The notes beneath the pieces were generated by a model, which worked only from the letters and a program-made list of their open reading frames with translations, had not been told where the DNA came from and did no database searches. A stretch of 64,000 nt of DNA, taken from Nitrososphaerota archaeon (GTDB taxonomy: Archaea; Thermoproteota; Nitrososphaeria; PSMU01). Positions 27,172 through 36,666 of the stretch are shown one piece after another. The stretch spans positions 1 through 64,000 of the forward strand of contig PSMU01000001.1 in assembly GCA_040290255.1 (NCBI GenBank), in the 5' to 3' direction. Within the stretch, counting starts at the first letter, position 1. Every line of letters starts with the position of its first letter. The position numbers and the translations under genes are program-made.

Positions 27172-27675
27172 TTGCCTAGAAGAGCTAGGGGGCTGGATGA
27201 GCTGGACCTAAAACTCCTCGAAGCCATAAGACAGGATTCCTCAATATCTGTGCCTAAGCTGGCCAAGAGGCTGGCCAAGAGCCCTGGCCTGCTCTACAGC
27301 CGAATAAAGCGCCTCATTAGGCAGGGCATAATAAGCAAGTATACGGTCGAGGTGAACGAAGAAGCCCTGGGGCTACGGCTCTCCGCCCTCGTGGGCCTGA
27401 GGGTGGACGCGAAGCAGATCGAGCAGGTGAAGGAGAAGCTCGCCGCCTTCGATGAAGTGAGGGAGCTGTTGGAGGTCACGGGGGCCTACGACCTCTTCCT
27501 CAGGGTAAAGACCACCGACCTAGGGGCCCTAAGGAGCTTCCTGCTTGAAAAGGTCGCTCCCGTCGAGGGCGTGAAGGCGAGCGAGACGTTCGTGGTCTTG
27601 GCCTCGAGCTCAAGAACCCCCTCGTATCACGCGCTGGCGCTCCCAACAAAGCCGGAAGCGCCCAAGGGCGCTTAG
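27172..27675 (+). CDS. Lrp/AsnC family transcriptional regulator
   Basis: LDELDLKLL..HTH..RIKRLIRQGII, EVTGAYDL. Confidence 0.93.
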   Translation: MPRRARGLDELDLKLLEAIRQDSSISVPKLAKRLAKSPGLLYSRIKRLIRQGIISKYTVEVNEEALGLRLSALVGLRVDAKQIEQVKEKLAAFDEVRELLEVTGAYDLFLRVKTTDLGALRSFLLEKVAPVEGVKASETFVVLASSSRTPSYHALALPTKPEAPKGA

Positions 27676-27720
27676 GAGGCCTTCCCAAAGGCCCAAACAG
27701 TGAAGGTTAGCGGTGCTGAG

Positions 27721-27816
27721 CGCCGGGGGTGGGATTTGAACCCACGCGGCCAAGACTGGCCACGGGCTCCCCATGGAGCTCCAGGCCCGCCCCCTACCAG
27801 GCTGGGGCACCCCGGC
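27721..27816 (-). tRNA. tRNA-Ser(GGA) with 10-nt anticodon-loop intron (27769-27778)
   Basis: Ser body (long variable arm, G73); CGGGC-CT-GGA-G[CTCCATGGGG]A-GCCCG. Confidence 0.87.
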
Positions 27817-27839
27817 TGTAGGAGGGCGAGGGCGATCGG

Positions 27840-28850
27840 TTATAAGCCTTGAGCCTGCCTGCTCTTCCACATCCTGGGGTACAGCCCCCTCTCCATGATG
27901 ACCCTATCTATCTCCACCGCAACCCCCTTTTTGCTCAGCGCCACCTGCTGGGCGCTCATGCTGGCCCTGCCTATGGCGATCAGCTCCCCCTTCAGAGTGT
28001 AGACGCAGACCGTCTCGCCCACCTCTATGCCCGGATGGATCCTGATGATGCCCGGCACGGTAAGCCTAGCGCCATGGCAGAGCGCATCCACGGCCGAATC
28101 CCTGACCACGACGGCCTTAATGTGGGTGAGAAACTCCTCGATGGGCCTGATGACCCTGTAGAGGCCCCTGACCTCCCTCTCCCGCTCGTACAGCTTCTGG
28201 GCCAAGTACACGTCCTGCAGCCGGACGAGCGCCCGCTCGCCTATATCGCAGACCCTCGTCCTGCGTAGCTCGGCCATACTCGCCCCCACGCCCAGGACTT
28301 CTCCTATGTCGAAGATCAGCTTCCTTATGTAGGTCCCCGCCTCCACCTTGGCCCTAACCAAGAAGAGGTTGCCCTTCCTCTCCAGCAGCTCGAGCTCGTA
28401 GATGTGCCTTATGCGCGTCTCCTTCTTCACCGAGGCCCTCAGCGGAGGCTTCTGGTATATGGCCCCCACAAACTCCCTCAGCGCCGCCAGCAGTCGCTCT
28501 TCCTCCACCGGGTGATGTAGCCTCCCGACCGCCACATACTCCTTTGGGCCCAGAAGAAAGAGGCCGAGCGCCTTGGTGGCCTCCTCGAGCCCTATCGGCA
28601 GCACGCCGCTCACATGGGGATCGAGCGTCCCGCTGTGGCCGGCCCTCTTGACCCCCAGGATCCTGCTGACCGTAGCCACCACCTCATGGCTCGTGGGCCC
28701 CGGCGGTTTATCGAGCGGAATGAAGCCATATCTAAAATGGCGCTCGAGCGGCCGCTCCCAGGGCCTGTGCCCGTAGCGCTCGTCCGTTACGTCGTAGGCT
28801 ATCTCCTCGAGGTTTTCAAGTTGCGCCAGCCGTGTAGCCGCCAACGCCAT
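27840..28850 (-). CDS. cbf5: H/ACA pseudouridine synthase Cbf5
   Basis: DKPPGPTSHEV, GHSGTLDP, GTYIRKL, PUA domain; no intron interrupts the ORF. Confidence 0.96.
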   Translation of the reverse strand: MALAATRLAQLENLEEIAYDVTDERYGHRPWERPLERHFRYGFIPLDKPPGPTSHEVVATVSRILGVKRAGHSGTLDPHVSGVLPIGLEEATKALGLFLLGPKEYVAVGRLHHPVEEERLLAALREFVGAIYQKPPLRASVKKETRIRHIYELELLERKGNLFLVRAKVEAGTYIRKLIFDIGEVLGVGASMAELRRTRVCDIGERALVRLQDVYLAQKLYEREREVRGLYRVIRPIEEFLTHIKAVVVRDSAVDALCHGARLTVPGIIRIHPGIEVGETVCVYTLKGELIAIGRASMSAQQVALSKKGVAVEIDRVIMERGLYPRMWKSRQAQGL

Positions 28851-29400
28851 CTAGGTAAGCCTGGACGACGTTATATAAGCGGTCCTCATCCAAGGCCTCC
28901 GTATCTACGACCAGGTGAAAGACGCTGAGGTCCTCGCCGAGCCTTATCCCATAGAGCGCGCTGTACAGCTCCCTGTTCTCCTGATCCCTCTTCTTTATCA
29001 GCTCCAGCGCCTTGGCATATGGTATGCGGTCCCGCTTCATGAGCCTCCTGGCCCTCTCCTCCTGAGAGGCCTTCAGCCAGACCTTCACGCCGAAGGGCGA
29101 AAGCCAGGGCAGCGTGTAGCTGGTCACCGCCACGCCGCCCTCACTCACAAGCCTCAGCAGCTGCTCGTCCACCTTCTTATCGAACTCCGGGTCGCCCCTC
29201 CTCTTCTCCAGGAAGCGAAAGCCCTCCTCCGTCTCCCACCAGCCCGCCTCCTGCACCCTGAAGCCGAGCTGCCCGGCCAGCTCCTTGAGCAGGTCGCCGC
29301 CGCTCACGTACCTCAGCGAGTATCGCTCCGCCAACCGCTTGGCCAGCGTCGTCTTGCCCACGGAGGGGAGCCCTGAGATGATGACGGAGAGCCTACGCAA
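28816..29400 (-). CDS. cmk: Cytidylate kinase
   Basis: ISGLPSVGKTT, FDKKVD, VWLKAS..RARR; conserved position. Confidence 0.92.
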   Translation of the reverse strand: MRRLSVIISGLPSVGKTTLAKRLAERYSLRYVSGGDLLKELAGQLGFRVQEAGWWETEEGFRFLEKRRGDPEFDKKVDEQLLRLVSEGGVAVTSYTLPWLSPFGVKVWLKASQEERARRLMKRDRIPYAKALELIKKRDQENRELYSALYGIRLGEDLSVFHLVVDTEALDEDRLYNVVQAYLDGVGGYTAGAT

Positions 29401-30133
29401 GGCCTGCCCCCAGGGCCTTCGTCACCAGGCTGGCCAGCAGGGCCGAGGCTATTATGTAGAACTGAAGCATGGTGATTGCCGGCCCGAGCGTGAAGAAGAT
29501 CAGGGGGATCGAGAGCGGCATATAGGCCACCACGACACCCGCTCCCCCTTCCAGCTTGATGAGCACGAAGTACAGGAAGTACCCAACCGCCAGGCTGAAC
29601 ACCAGCAGCTTAACCTGATCCTTGGCCACCTGGCCCTGCAGCTCCTTCATGTACCTCTCCCTCTTCTTCAACCGGGCCAACTTCTCCTGGTCGTTTTGCC
29701 TCAGCGCTCGCATCATCTCCTTATTGAAGGCGGAAAGCTCCTGGCTGATCCTCCTAAAGCGCCGCAGGTCTATCAGCTTCCTTCTGCCCAAGGCCAAGGC
29801 CACGTTCAGCAGGGCCGCCATCAGCACCACCAGCAGGAAGTCCGAGGGCCTTATCAGGTAGATGGCCTCCTGTGCGCCACCGATCGTGACCAGCCAGACG
29901 CCAGGGGGGTCGCTGGGCTTGAAGGTATAGATGGCCAGCAGCTGCCCCCCTTCGGACCTGAGCGTCAGGTTCACGGGCTGCCCAAGGCTGTTCGTCAGCT
30001 CCACGCTCTGATTGGCTCCCACGCTCAAGCTCAGCAGGTCGCCCGGCCTATAGACGTGCCTCAGGCCGCCGAGCAGGCCGCCCGATGAGGCGGCCAGCAC
30101 GAGGCCCAGCAGCAGGATGAGGCTAGGCTTCAA
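29393..30133 (-). CDS. DUF106/EMC3/TMCO1 (Oxa1 superfamily) membrane protein with extra N-terminal domain
   Basis: TM, coiled coil and two TMs in the conserved slot between adk and cmk. Confidence 0.85.
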   Translation of the reverse strand: MKPSLILLLGLVLAASSGGLLGGLRHVYRPGDLLSLSVGANQSVELTNSLGQPVNLTLRSEGGQLLAIYTFKPSDPPGVWLVTIGGAQEAIYLIRPSDFLLVVLMAALLNVALALGRRKLIDLRRFRRISQELSAFNKEMMRALRQNDQEKLARLKKRERYMKELQGQVAKDQVKLLVFSLAVGYFLYFVLIKLEGGAGVVVAYMPLSIPLIFFTLGPAITMLQFYIIASALLASLVTKALGAGLA

Positions 30134-30707
30134 CCTTCAGGTCCAGGGCCTTCAGCAGCTGCCTGCAGGCCTCCTCCAGCTTGCCGTGTTGGTTCTCGAT
30201 TATGATGAGCGGCAGTCCCCTTTCCACCGAAAGCGAGATCATCGCGGCCCTCGTGATCTCCATCTCCCTGGCCACCTGCTCCTCCGTGCTCTCATCCCTG
30301 GCCCGGCCGGTGTCGCGCGCCCTCCTCTCCATCACCTCCCTTGGCCTCGCCTCGACCACGACGAGATGAGTTGCCTTCATGCGTTCCATCACGGGCCCGG
30401 GTAGGCCGGGCAGATAGCCGTTGGGCGTCCTGACGAAGGCATGCGTATCGATGAAGAGCAGTGATGCGTCCAGAAGCGAGATCCTCTCGGCCGCCAGGAG
30501 CTGCAGCCGGCGCTGCTCCTCGAGCGGGAGCTTCCTTATCTGATCCCTGTCATTGATGCCCAGCTTGCGGGCCTCCTCCAGCATCACCGTGCCGTAGATC
30601 ACGCAGTCCGCCCTGATCCCCGTCTGCCTGGCAAGCTCCACCGCCCTGTTCAGCAGGCTGCTCTTCCCTACGCCCGGTATGCCCACTACCACGACCCTCC
30701 TACTCAA
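30123..30707 (-). CDS. adkA: Archaeal adenylate kinase
   Basis: VGIPGVGKS, DRDQIRKL, DTH..TPNGYLPGLP. Confidence 0.95.
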   Translation of the reverse strand: MSRRVVVVGIPGVGKSSLLNRAVELARQTGIRADCVIYGTVMLEEARKLGINDRDQIRKLPLEEQRRLQLLAAERISLLDASLLFIDTHAFVRTPNGYLPGLPGPVMERMKATHLVVVEARPREVMERRARDTGRARDESTEEQVAREMEITRAAMISLSVERGLPLIIIENQHGKLEEACRQLLKALDLKVEA

Positions 30708-32127
30708 GGCCTATCATCCGTGCCACCGCGGGCGCCTCCTCCCTAATGCGCTCCTTCAGCAACAGCTGATAGTACTGCAGCAGGATGCTCACGAGCAGCA
30801 GCAGCCCGGTGCCGCTGCCCAGCACGCCGAGCACGTTGCCCACGCCCGCGAGCAGGCCCACCATGATGCTGCTGAGCACGGTGACGACAGGTATGAAGTT
30901 GTTCAGCAGTGCGCTGACGGGCTCCCTGGCCCTCCTGAAGCCCGGTACCTGCACATTGGACCTGATAAGGTTCTCGGCCACCTTGTCGGCCGACATGCCG
31001 CTCAGCTCGATCCAGAGCCTGCCGAAGAGCACACAGAAGACCACCAGAAAGGTGGTGGAGGTTAGCGCCCTCAACGGGTCCTGCATGGCATCGAGCAGCG
31101 TCCTGGGGCTCGTTATGTAGTACACGAGCCCCCCCACGGGGCCCTTCTGGACGTTATTAGGGTCGAACCTTACAAGCGCGTTGATGAAGGCGTTGGCGCC
31201 GTTGGGGTTATACCTAAAGTAGAAGAACTGAGAAAAGAAGGTGATGTTAGTGATGAGGGCAGCGGCAAGTATGACCGGCACCACGGAGACGTAGTCCAGC
31301 TTAAGGGGGAAGGTGGCCCTAAACCCCCTATACTGAGTCGAGGTGAGGGGTATCTCGAGCCTTGCCGCCTCCAGGTAGATGATGAGCAGGATGACCACGA
31401 GCGTGATGGTTAGGGCAAAGACGCTGGGGGCCACATAATCCCTGAAGATGGCGTAGGAGAGGCCGATCTTGGGCGCATCACCCAGCAGGAAGGGGACGAG
31501 GCCGTAAAACTCTATCCTGCCTCCGCTGTTCCAGGGGGCTGGGGAGAAGAGGTCCCAGAAGAGCCTCTGCGCCACGCCGCCCATGATGAAGAGGCTAATA
31601 CCGCTCCCAATCCCCCAGCCCTTCTGCACTACCTCATCCAGCAGCATGACGATGACGGTGGCGGCTACAAGCTGCAGCACGATCACCACCGCCGCTGAGG
31701 GGGAGATCTGGCCCACGGGCCCGAAGAGCCCGCCCAATGTGTAGGCAAGTGCCTGCGCCACGGCCACGAGGATCGTCAGGAACTTCGTGAAGGCCGTAAA
31801 CAGCGCGCGGTCCTCCGGCTTGGTGAAGTCCAGCCTCATCAGCTCGGAGCCGGCCAGAAGCTGGGTTATGAGGCCCGCGGTCACGATGGGGCCTATGCCC
31901 AGCTCCAAAAGGCTGCCCTGCTGCGATGCGAAGATCACCCTGGTGTAGGTCAGGTAGTCGTTCTGGCTGGGCGCCACGCCAAAGAGCGGCACCTCGCCCA
32001 TGACCAGATATATCGCGAGCGCCAACAGGGTCCAGAGCAGCTTCTCCCTGAAGGAGGGGCGCCTGGCGGGCTTGGCCACCTCGGGCAGCACGGTGGCCAC
32101 GGTGCTGATGAAGTCCCTGAAGCCCAT
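30700..32127 (-). CDS. secY: Preprotein translocase SecY/Sec61alpha
   Basis: LPEV.KP, GSLLELGIGPIVTAG, KGWGIGSGISLFI, GSGTGLLL. Confidence 0.98.
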   Translation of the reverse strand: MGFRDFISTVATVLPEVAKPARRPSFREKLLWTLLALAIYLVMGEVPLFGVAPSQNDYLTYTRVIFASQQGSLLELGIGPIVTAGLITQLLAGSELMRLDFTKPEDRALFTAFTKFLTILVAVAQALAYTLGGLFGPVGQISPSAAVVIVLQLVAATVIVMLLDEVVQKGWGIGSGISLFIMGGVAQRLFWDLFSPAPWNSGGRIEFYGLVPFLLGDAPKIGLSYAIFRDYVAPSVFALTITLVVILLIIYLEAARLEIPLTSTQYRGFRATFPLKLDYVSVVPVILAAALITNITFFSQFFYFRYNPNGANAFINALVRFDPNNVQKGPVGGLVYYITSPRTLLDAMQDPLRALTSTTFLVVFCVLFGRLWIELSGMSADKVAENLIRSNVQVPGFRRAREPVSALLNNFIPVVTVLSSIMVGLLAGVGNVLGVLGSGTGLLLLVSILLQYYQLLLKERIREEAPAVARMIGLE

Positions 32128-32128
32128 G

Positions 32129-32554
32129 TCAGCCGATCACCAGCGTGCCCCCCACCTTCTCGACCTTCTCCTTGGCCCTGGAGCTGGCCGAGCCCACCAA
32201 TATCTCATACCTTCCCTTCAACCAGCCCCCTCCCAGCAGCCTAGTGTAGCCCAGCGCGCGCAGGTCCAGCGTGGCCCTCTCCTCCTTGGGCGGCGCGCGG
32301 CCCGTTAGGCGATAGAAGAGGTCGTCCAGCTCGCCGACGTTGATGGCCCGCTCAACCCTGCGCCGCGGGGGGCGCATAGGATCCTTGCCGAAGTGCTCGG
32401 GCATATACTTAAGCGTGTACTGCCACTTGTGCTTGTGCAGCCCCGCCTTGCCCCTGCCTCCGCGCCCGCCCGCCTTCCTGTGCTGGCCCGACGTCCCCCA
32501 GCCATGGGTCCTGCTGCCCCGCAGCTTTCGGACCTTCCTTAGCCTGGTTGGCAT
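32129..32554 (-). CDS. rpl15: 50S ribosomal protein uL15
   Basis: MPTRLRKVRKLRGSRTHGWG..GGRGKAG; start at ATG 32554. Confidence 0.95.
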   Translation of the reverse strand: MPTRLRKVRKLRGSRTHGWGTSGQHRKAGGRGGRGKAGLHKHKWQYTLKYMPEHFGKDPMRPPRRRVERAINVGELDDLFYRLTGRAPPKEERATLDLRALGYTRLLGGGWLKGRYEILVGSASSRAKEKVEKVGGTLVIG

Positions 32555-32561
32555 TCTACTT

Positions 32562-33026
32562 CTAAACCATCTTGGGCAGGAGCTTTTTAAGCTGAGGGTT
32601 CTTGCCGAGCACGCCGCCCTCCTCATAGAGCTTCTTGATCGAGCGCCGGTAGCCCCCTCGCGGCGGGTGCAGCGCGAAGAAGGGCTTGAGTGTGTCGAGC
32701 TTGGCGAGCTCTACCTTGCCCTCCAGCAGGGCCCTCGCCAGGTCCTTTATGTCCCTGTAGCCCCACTGCTTTACTGTATCCTGCGTCAGGGGCTTTCCCC
32801 CTCGGGTCTGCGCCCTCCTCTCCAGCAAAAGGGAGACCATCTCCTCGTCGGCTTCCGACCACATCACATAGCGCTCAACCCTCTTGAGCATGCCCAAGAC
32901 CGAGGGAGAGGCCCTCACCAGCGAGGCCGTGTAGGGCCTGCGCAGCCTGAGCAGCGAAAGGGTATAACTGGCCTGCTCGGTCGCGTTAACGGCCCCCCTT
33001 ACCCTCACGACCAGCAAGAGGCTCAT
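32562..33026 (-). CDS. rpl30: 50S ribosomal protein uL30
   Basis: VVRVRG..TLSLLRL..LHPPRGG. Confidence 0.95.
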   Translation of the reverse strand: MSLLLVVRVRGAVNATEQASYTLSLLRLRRPYTASLVRASPSVLGMLKRVERYVMWSEADEEMVSLLLERRAQTRGGKPLTQDTVKQWGYRDIKDLARALLEGKVELAKLDTLKPFFALHPPRGGYRRSIKKLYEEGGVLGKNPQLKKLLPKMV

Positions 33027-33667
33027 CCCCTCCTCGCCCCAACGAAGTCATGTAGGTTTACGAGCGCGTCGTAAAAGGCAAAGGCCGTGGAGATGATCGT
33101 GCTCGTATCGCCGAAGGTCTTGCTCCAGACATCCTTAATGCCCGCCAGCCTTAGCAGCTGCTTTAGCAGCTCGCCGGCCACCAGGCCCAGGCCCCGAGGG
33201 GCCGGCAGCAGGATAACCCTGACGCTTCCGGCCTTTCCCTCCGTCCTTAGGGGCAAGGAGTGGGGCTGGCCACAGCGGCACTCCCAGCTCCCGCAGCCCA
33301 CATGGACGGGTATTATGTTCAGCAGCGCCTCGTTCGTCGCCTTCTCTATGGCGAGCCTTATCTGCGGCGCCTTCGCATGGGCCACCCCGAACCACTCCTT
33401 CCTATCGCCCACCGCCACCACGACGCTGAAACGTGTCAGCTCCCCTGCATCGGTCTGCTTCTGGACCACCCTCACGCCCACCACCTCCGACTCCACGTCG
33501 GGCAGGAGCGCCTTGACGACCTCGGGCTCCTGAATCCTGTAGCCGTATGCGAAGACCTCGGCAAGAGAGGTTATCTTGCCCTGTGCGACCAAGAGCCCCA
33601 GTTTCGAGCGGGGCTGCCAGGCCGCCTGCTCAGCCGATTGAGCGGGGAGCTGGCCCATGCTACTCAC
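33023..33667 (-). CDS. rps5: 30S ribosomal protein uS5
   Basis: WQPRSKLG, QKQTDAG, GCGSWEC, PAPRGLGL. Confidence 0.96.
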   Translation of the reverse strand: MSSMGQLPAQSAEQAAWQPRSKLGLLVAQGKITSLAEVFAYGYRIQEPEVVKALLPDVESEVVGVRVVQKQTDAGELTRFSVVVAVGDRKEWFGVAHAKAPQIRLAIEKATNEALLNIIPVHVGCGSWECRCGQPHSLPLRTEGKAGSVRVILLPAPRGLGLVAGELLKQLLRLAGIKDVWSKTFGDTSTIISTAFAFYDALVNLHDFVGARRG

Positions 33668-34238
33668 GCCTTATCGCCTCCAGCACCCTCTCCACCTCCT
33701 GTTCATACTGCAGGGGATCGCCGCCCCTCTTCAACAGGTCAGAGAACCTGCTCTGGTACAGCTCGGGCGATTCGGCCCTGAGGGCCTGGGCATAGGCCTG
33801 TATGTGCTTGCCCTTCAGCCTATCTTCGGGGGGCAGTACCGAGGGGTCCGCCCTTATCTTCAGTCCCGCGGCCAGCGCCCCGGCCATGACGGCCGCGGCC
33901 CTCCCCCCTGGCGTGAAGGGCCTTACGCCCATGTATAGGATGGCCTCGCCAACGTTCTTCTTTAAGGCAAGCTTGCCCAGCAGGTAGCCTATTAAGTAGC
34001 AGGCCGGAGTTGACTTCAGCGAAAGCCGCCAACCATACTTGAGCAACCGCTTCGAGTGAACCGCCACGAGCACCCTATCGCCGCCCAAGGAGGGCTGAAG
34101 GAGCTGGGCGAGCACATATCGGTTGCTCGCCCTGACGCTCAGCAGGGGGAGCCGGCCCAGCAGCGCCTTGGCCCTCTTCCTATAGTCCGTCTTCCCCTGC
34201 CTTCTCCTCCTGAAGAGCGGTACGTGATTGGGCGCCAA
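33660..34238 (-). CDS. rpl18: 50S ribosomal protein uL18
   Basis: FRRRRQGKTDYRKR, STPACYLIG. Confidence 0.95.
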   Translation of the reverse strand: MAPNHVPLFRRRRQGKTDYRKRAKALLGRLPLLSVRASNRYVLAQLLQPSLGGDRVLVAVHSKRLLKYGWRLSLKSTPACYLIGYLLGKLALKKNVGEAILYMGVRPFTPGGRAAAVMAGALAAGLKIRADPSVLPPEDRLKGKHIQAYAQALRAESPELYQSRFSDLLKRGGDPLQYEQEVERVLEAIRRE

Positions 34239-34240
34239 GG

Positions 34241-34666
34241 CTATCGGGCCGCCTCCGCGATCAACTGCTTCAGCTGACGCTGCGTCCTTATCTCGCCTCC
34301 CTTGATCTTATAGTAGAGCCTCCAGTATGTGTGCCGGTCGAGCTTGCCCTTCCTTTTGGCCTCCTTGAGCAACCTTCTCAGGCCCCTTACCCTGAGCACC
34401 CACTGCCTCTTCCTGCCCAACCTTGCCGAGGCGGGCCCCTTTCGGGAGCCCGGGCCCCTTCTCCTGCCCCTTCTCTGCCGTGCACGGCCCCTGGAGGGGG
34501 AAGCAGGCCTCTCCACCCAAACCGCGCCGCTCTTGAGGAGCCCCCTGAGGCTGTCCTTGGTGATCGCATCCCTCACGTCCTCGAGGGCCTCTGGGTCTAT
34601 CCTCACCCTGCTGGCGCCCACGCCCAGCATGCGCGCGATGAGCCTCTTCTTGGCCCTCAGGTTCAC
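34241..34666 (-). CDS. rpl19e: 50S ribosomal protein eL19
   Basis: KRLIARMLGVG..RVRIDP, SRGRAR, RGPGSRKG. Confidence 0.95.
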   Translation of the reverse strand: MNLRAKKRLIARMLGVGASRVRIDPEALEDVRDAITKDSLRGLLKSGAVWVERPASPSRGRARQRRGRRRGPGSRKGPASARLGRKRQWVLRVRGLRRLLKEAKRKGKLDRHTYWRLYYKIKGGEIRTQRQLKQLIAEAAR

Positions 34667-34667
34667 C

Positions 34668-35003
34668 TCACACCACCGGGTTGAGCACCCTAAGGCCCAG
34701 CTCCCTGGCCTTGGCCAGCAGGACCAGCCTCTTCCTCCTGCCCACGCCGTGCGCTATCCTCACCGCGTGAAGCTTCGGGTCAAGATTCGTAAGCTCCTGC
34801 TCCGCGTGCACGAGCGCCTCGCGCAGCCCCGAGGGGTGTAGGCCCCTCGCCCGCTTGGGCTTACGATGGCCGATGTCGACGACCTTGGGCCACCCCTTCC
34901 TCCTCAGCCTCATCTTGCTGCTGATGCCTCGCGGGCGCCTCCAGGAGCCCTTCACCCTGGCATACCTCCAAGACTCCTGTCGGACGAAGTCCTTCTTGGC
35001 CAC
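34668..35003 (-). CDS. rpl32e: 50S ribosomal protein eL32
   Basis: FVRQESWRY..WRRPRG, RGLHPSG. Confidence 0.95.
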   Translation of the reverse strand: MAKKDFVRQESWRYARVKGSWRRPRGISSKMRLRRKGWPKVVDIGHRKPKRARGLHPSGLREALVHAEQELTNLDPKLHAVRIAHGVGRRKRLVLLAKARELGLRVLNPVV

Positions 35004-35578
35004 TACATGCCCACCTCCTTCTTGTAAATATAGATGCCGTCCAAGAAGACCCTGGGGTCCTTCCTCCTTATCCTCGTGGCCCTCTCGATGTTGGCGGCCG
35101 TCTGCCCCACGGCCTCCTTATCTATTCCCTTCACTATTACATCCTCGTCCTCGACCGAGACCTGGCAGGAGCCCACGATCCTAGCCTTCCTAGGAGAGCG
35201 CTCTCCTAGGAAGTTCTCGATGATGACCTGCCCATCGGAGACCCTGACGGTGGGCGGGAAGTGCGCGAAGACGACCTTCAGCCGATAGGTGTAGCCCTTG
35301 GTCACGCCCGTGAACATGTTCTCGACGTGGCTTTGCGCGGTATAGACCAGGGCCTTCCCCCTCCTTCCGCCGCGCAGGGAGCTTATGCTTAGCCCTCCCT
35401 CCCCCAGCTCGAACCGCACCGGCACCTTAGAAAAGTCCTTCGACAGCGCCCCCAGGGGGCCCCTAACCTCGAGCCTTGAGCCCTCCAGCCGTAGCTCTAT
35501 GCCCTGAGGTACGGGCACCACCACGCTCACAGGTTGCCCAGAGGGCCGCGCCCTGGCCAGCGCCTGGCTAGTAGACAT
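35003..35578 (-). CDS. rpl6: 50S ribosomal protein uL6
   Basis: [20 protein letters not shown]; start at ATG 35578. Confidence 0.95.
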   Translation of the reverse strand: MSTSQALARARPSGQPVSVVVPVPQGIELRLEGSRLEVRGPLGALSKDFSKVPVRFELGEGGLSISSLRGGRRGKALVYTAQSHVENMFTGVTKGYTYRLKVVFAHFPPTVRVSDGQVIIENFLGERSPRKARIVGSCQVSVEDEDVIVKGIDKEAVGQTAANIERATRIRRKDPRVFLDGIYIYKKEVGM

Positions 35579-35960
35579 ATCCCAGCAGGACACCTCCTAG
35601 GCCCCTCTCCCTCGCTTCAAGGTGGGTCATCACGCCCTGGGGGGTCGAGACGATTAGGAAGCCGGTATTGACCGCCGGCAGGAACCTCTTCTCCCACTCC
35701 TCATAGGTCCTCTTCTTCACGGGAAAGCGGGGCGTGATCGCACCGCAGCCGTTGATGCGGCCGAGCAGCTGCACGCGGGCCTTCCCTCCTCTTCCGTCAT
35801 CAATATACTCTATCTCGCCTACATAGCCCTGCCGCTGCAGGAGCCTGAGCACCTCCAGCGCCAGCTTCGAGACCGGATACACAAGGCACTCCCTATGGCG
35901 CCTGATGGAGGCGTTCTTGAGGCAGGCGAACACGTTGGGTATCACCGCCAGGGCCGGCAT
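35568..35960 (-). CDS. rps8: 30S ribosomal protein uS8
   Basis: [29 protein letters not shown]. Confidence 0.96.
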   Translation of the reverse strand: MPALAVIPNVFACLKNASIRRHRECLVYPVSKLALEVLRLLQRQGYVGEIEYIDDGRGGKARVQLLGRINGCGAITPRFPVKKRTYEEWEKRFLPAVNTGFLIVSTPQGVMTHLEARERGLGGVLLGYVY

Positions 35961-35966
35961 ATCGCC

Positions 35967-36134
35967 TCACTCGTACTTCCTGAAGCCCAGCGACTTGGCC
36001 ACCTCTCGGAAGCAGTGGCGGCAGAGCAGTAGGCCGTACTTCTTTATGACCGCGTTATACTGGCCGCAGCGCCGGCACCAGCGGGCCGACCTGCCATATA
36101 GGCGAGGCTTGCCATGCCTTAGCTTCCCCTTCAT
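35967..36134 (-). CDS. rps14: 30S ribosomal protein uS14 (55 aa), not in ORF track
   Basis: [55 protein letters not shown]. Confidence 0.96.
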   Translation of the reverse strand: MKGKLRHGKPRLYGRSARWCRRCGQYNAVIKKYGLLLCRHCFREVAKSLGFRKYE

Positions 36135-36135
36135 G

Positions 36136-36666
36136 CTACGCCACCTCCACCCCCAGCACGCCCCTGACGTACTCTATAGCTTCTTCCCTGCTTACGCGCT
36201 GCGGCCTGCCCACGCGCGACCTTGCCCTCCTCCTCCTGGCGACCCTGTAGCCGGGCCTTGCCAGCGAGACACAGACGTCCATGCCGAAGATGCCCACCTC
36301 CGGGTCATACTTCATCCCTGGGATCTCGATGTGCTCCTTTATGCCGAACGAGAAGTTACCGCCCTCATCGAAGGCCCTGGCGGGGAGGCGCTTCCCCTTG
36401 GCCTCCAGCAGCCTCATCAACAGCGCCTGCGCTTCGCTCCCTCGGAGCGTCACCTTTACCCCTATGTTCTCCCCTCTCCTTATGCCGAAATCCCTCACGC
36501 TCTTTCTAGCCCTCGTGGGCACGGGCTTCCTGCCCGTGAGCTCGGAGAGCACGCGCAGCGCCTTCTCCACCCTCTCCCCTGCCTGGCCCACGCCTATGTT
36601 GATGACCACCTTCTCGACGAAGATCCTCCTCATAGGGTTCTCCTGCTTCTGCTCAACGAGCGCCAT
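36136..36666 (-). CDS. rpl5: 50S ribosomal protein uL5
   Basis: [40 protein letters not shown]. Confidence 0.97.
   Translation of the reverse strand: MALVEQKQENPMRRIFVEKVVINIGVGQAGERVEKALRVLSELTGRKPVPTRARKSVRDFGIRRGENIGVKVTLRGSEAQALLMRLLEAKGKRLPARAFDEGGNFSFGIKEHIEIPGMKYDPEVGIFGMDVCVSLARPGYRVARRRRARSRVGRPQRVSREEAIEYVRGVLGVEVA

Noticed and set aside
27676-27720. Possible C/D sRNA (GTGAAGG..CTGA) between lrp and tRNA-Ser
   Set aside because: Only one weak box pair is present; insufficient support.
7079-27751. Direct repeat of about 31 bp (cgccgggggtgggatttgaacccacgcggcc) 20 kb apart, resembling attL/attR
   Set aside because: Both copies are 3' ends of complete tRNA-Ser genes, the enclosed genes are core (tbp, dnaG, cdc48), and no integrase is present.
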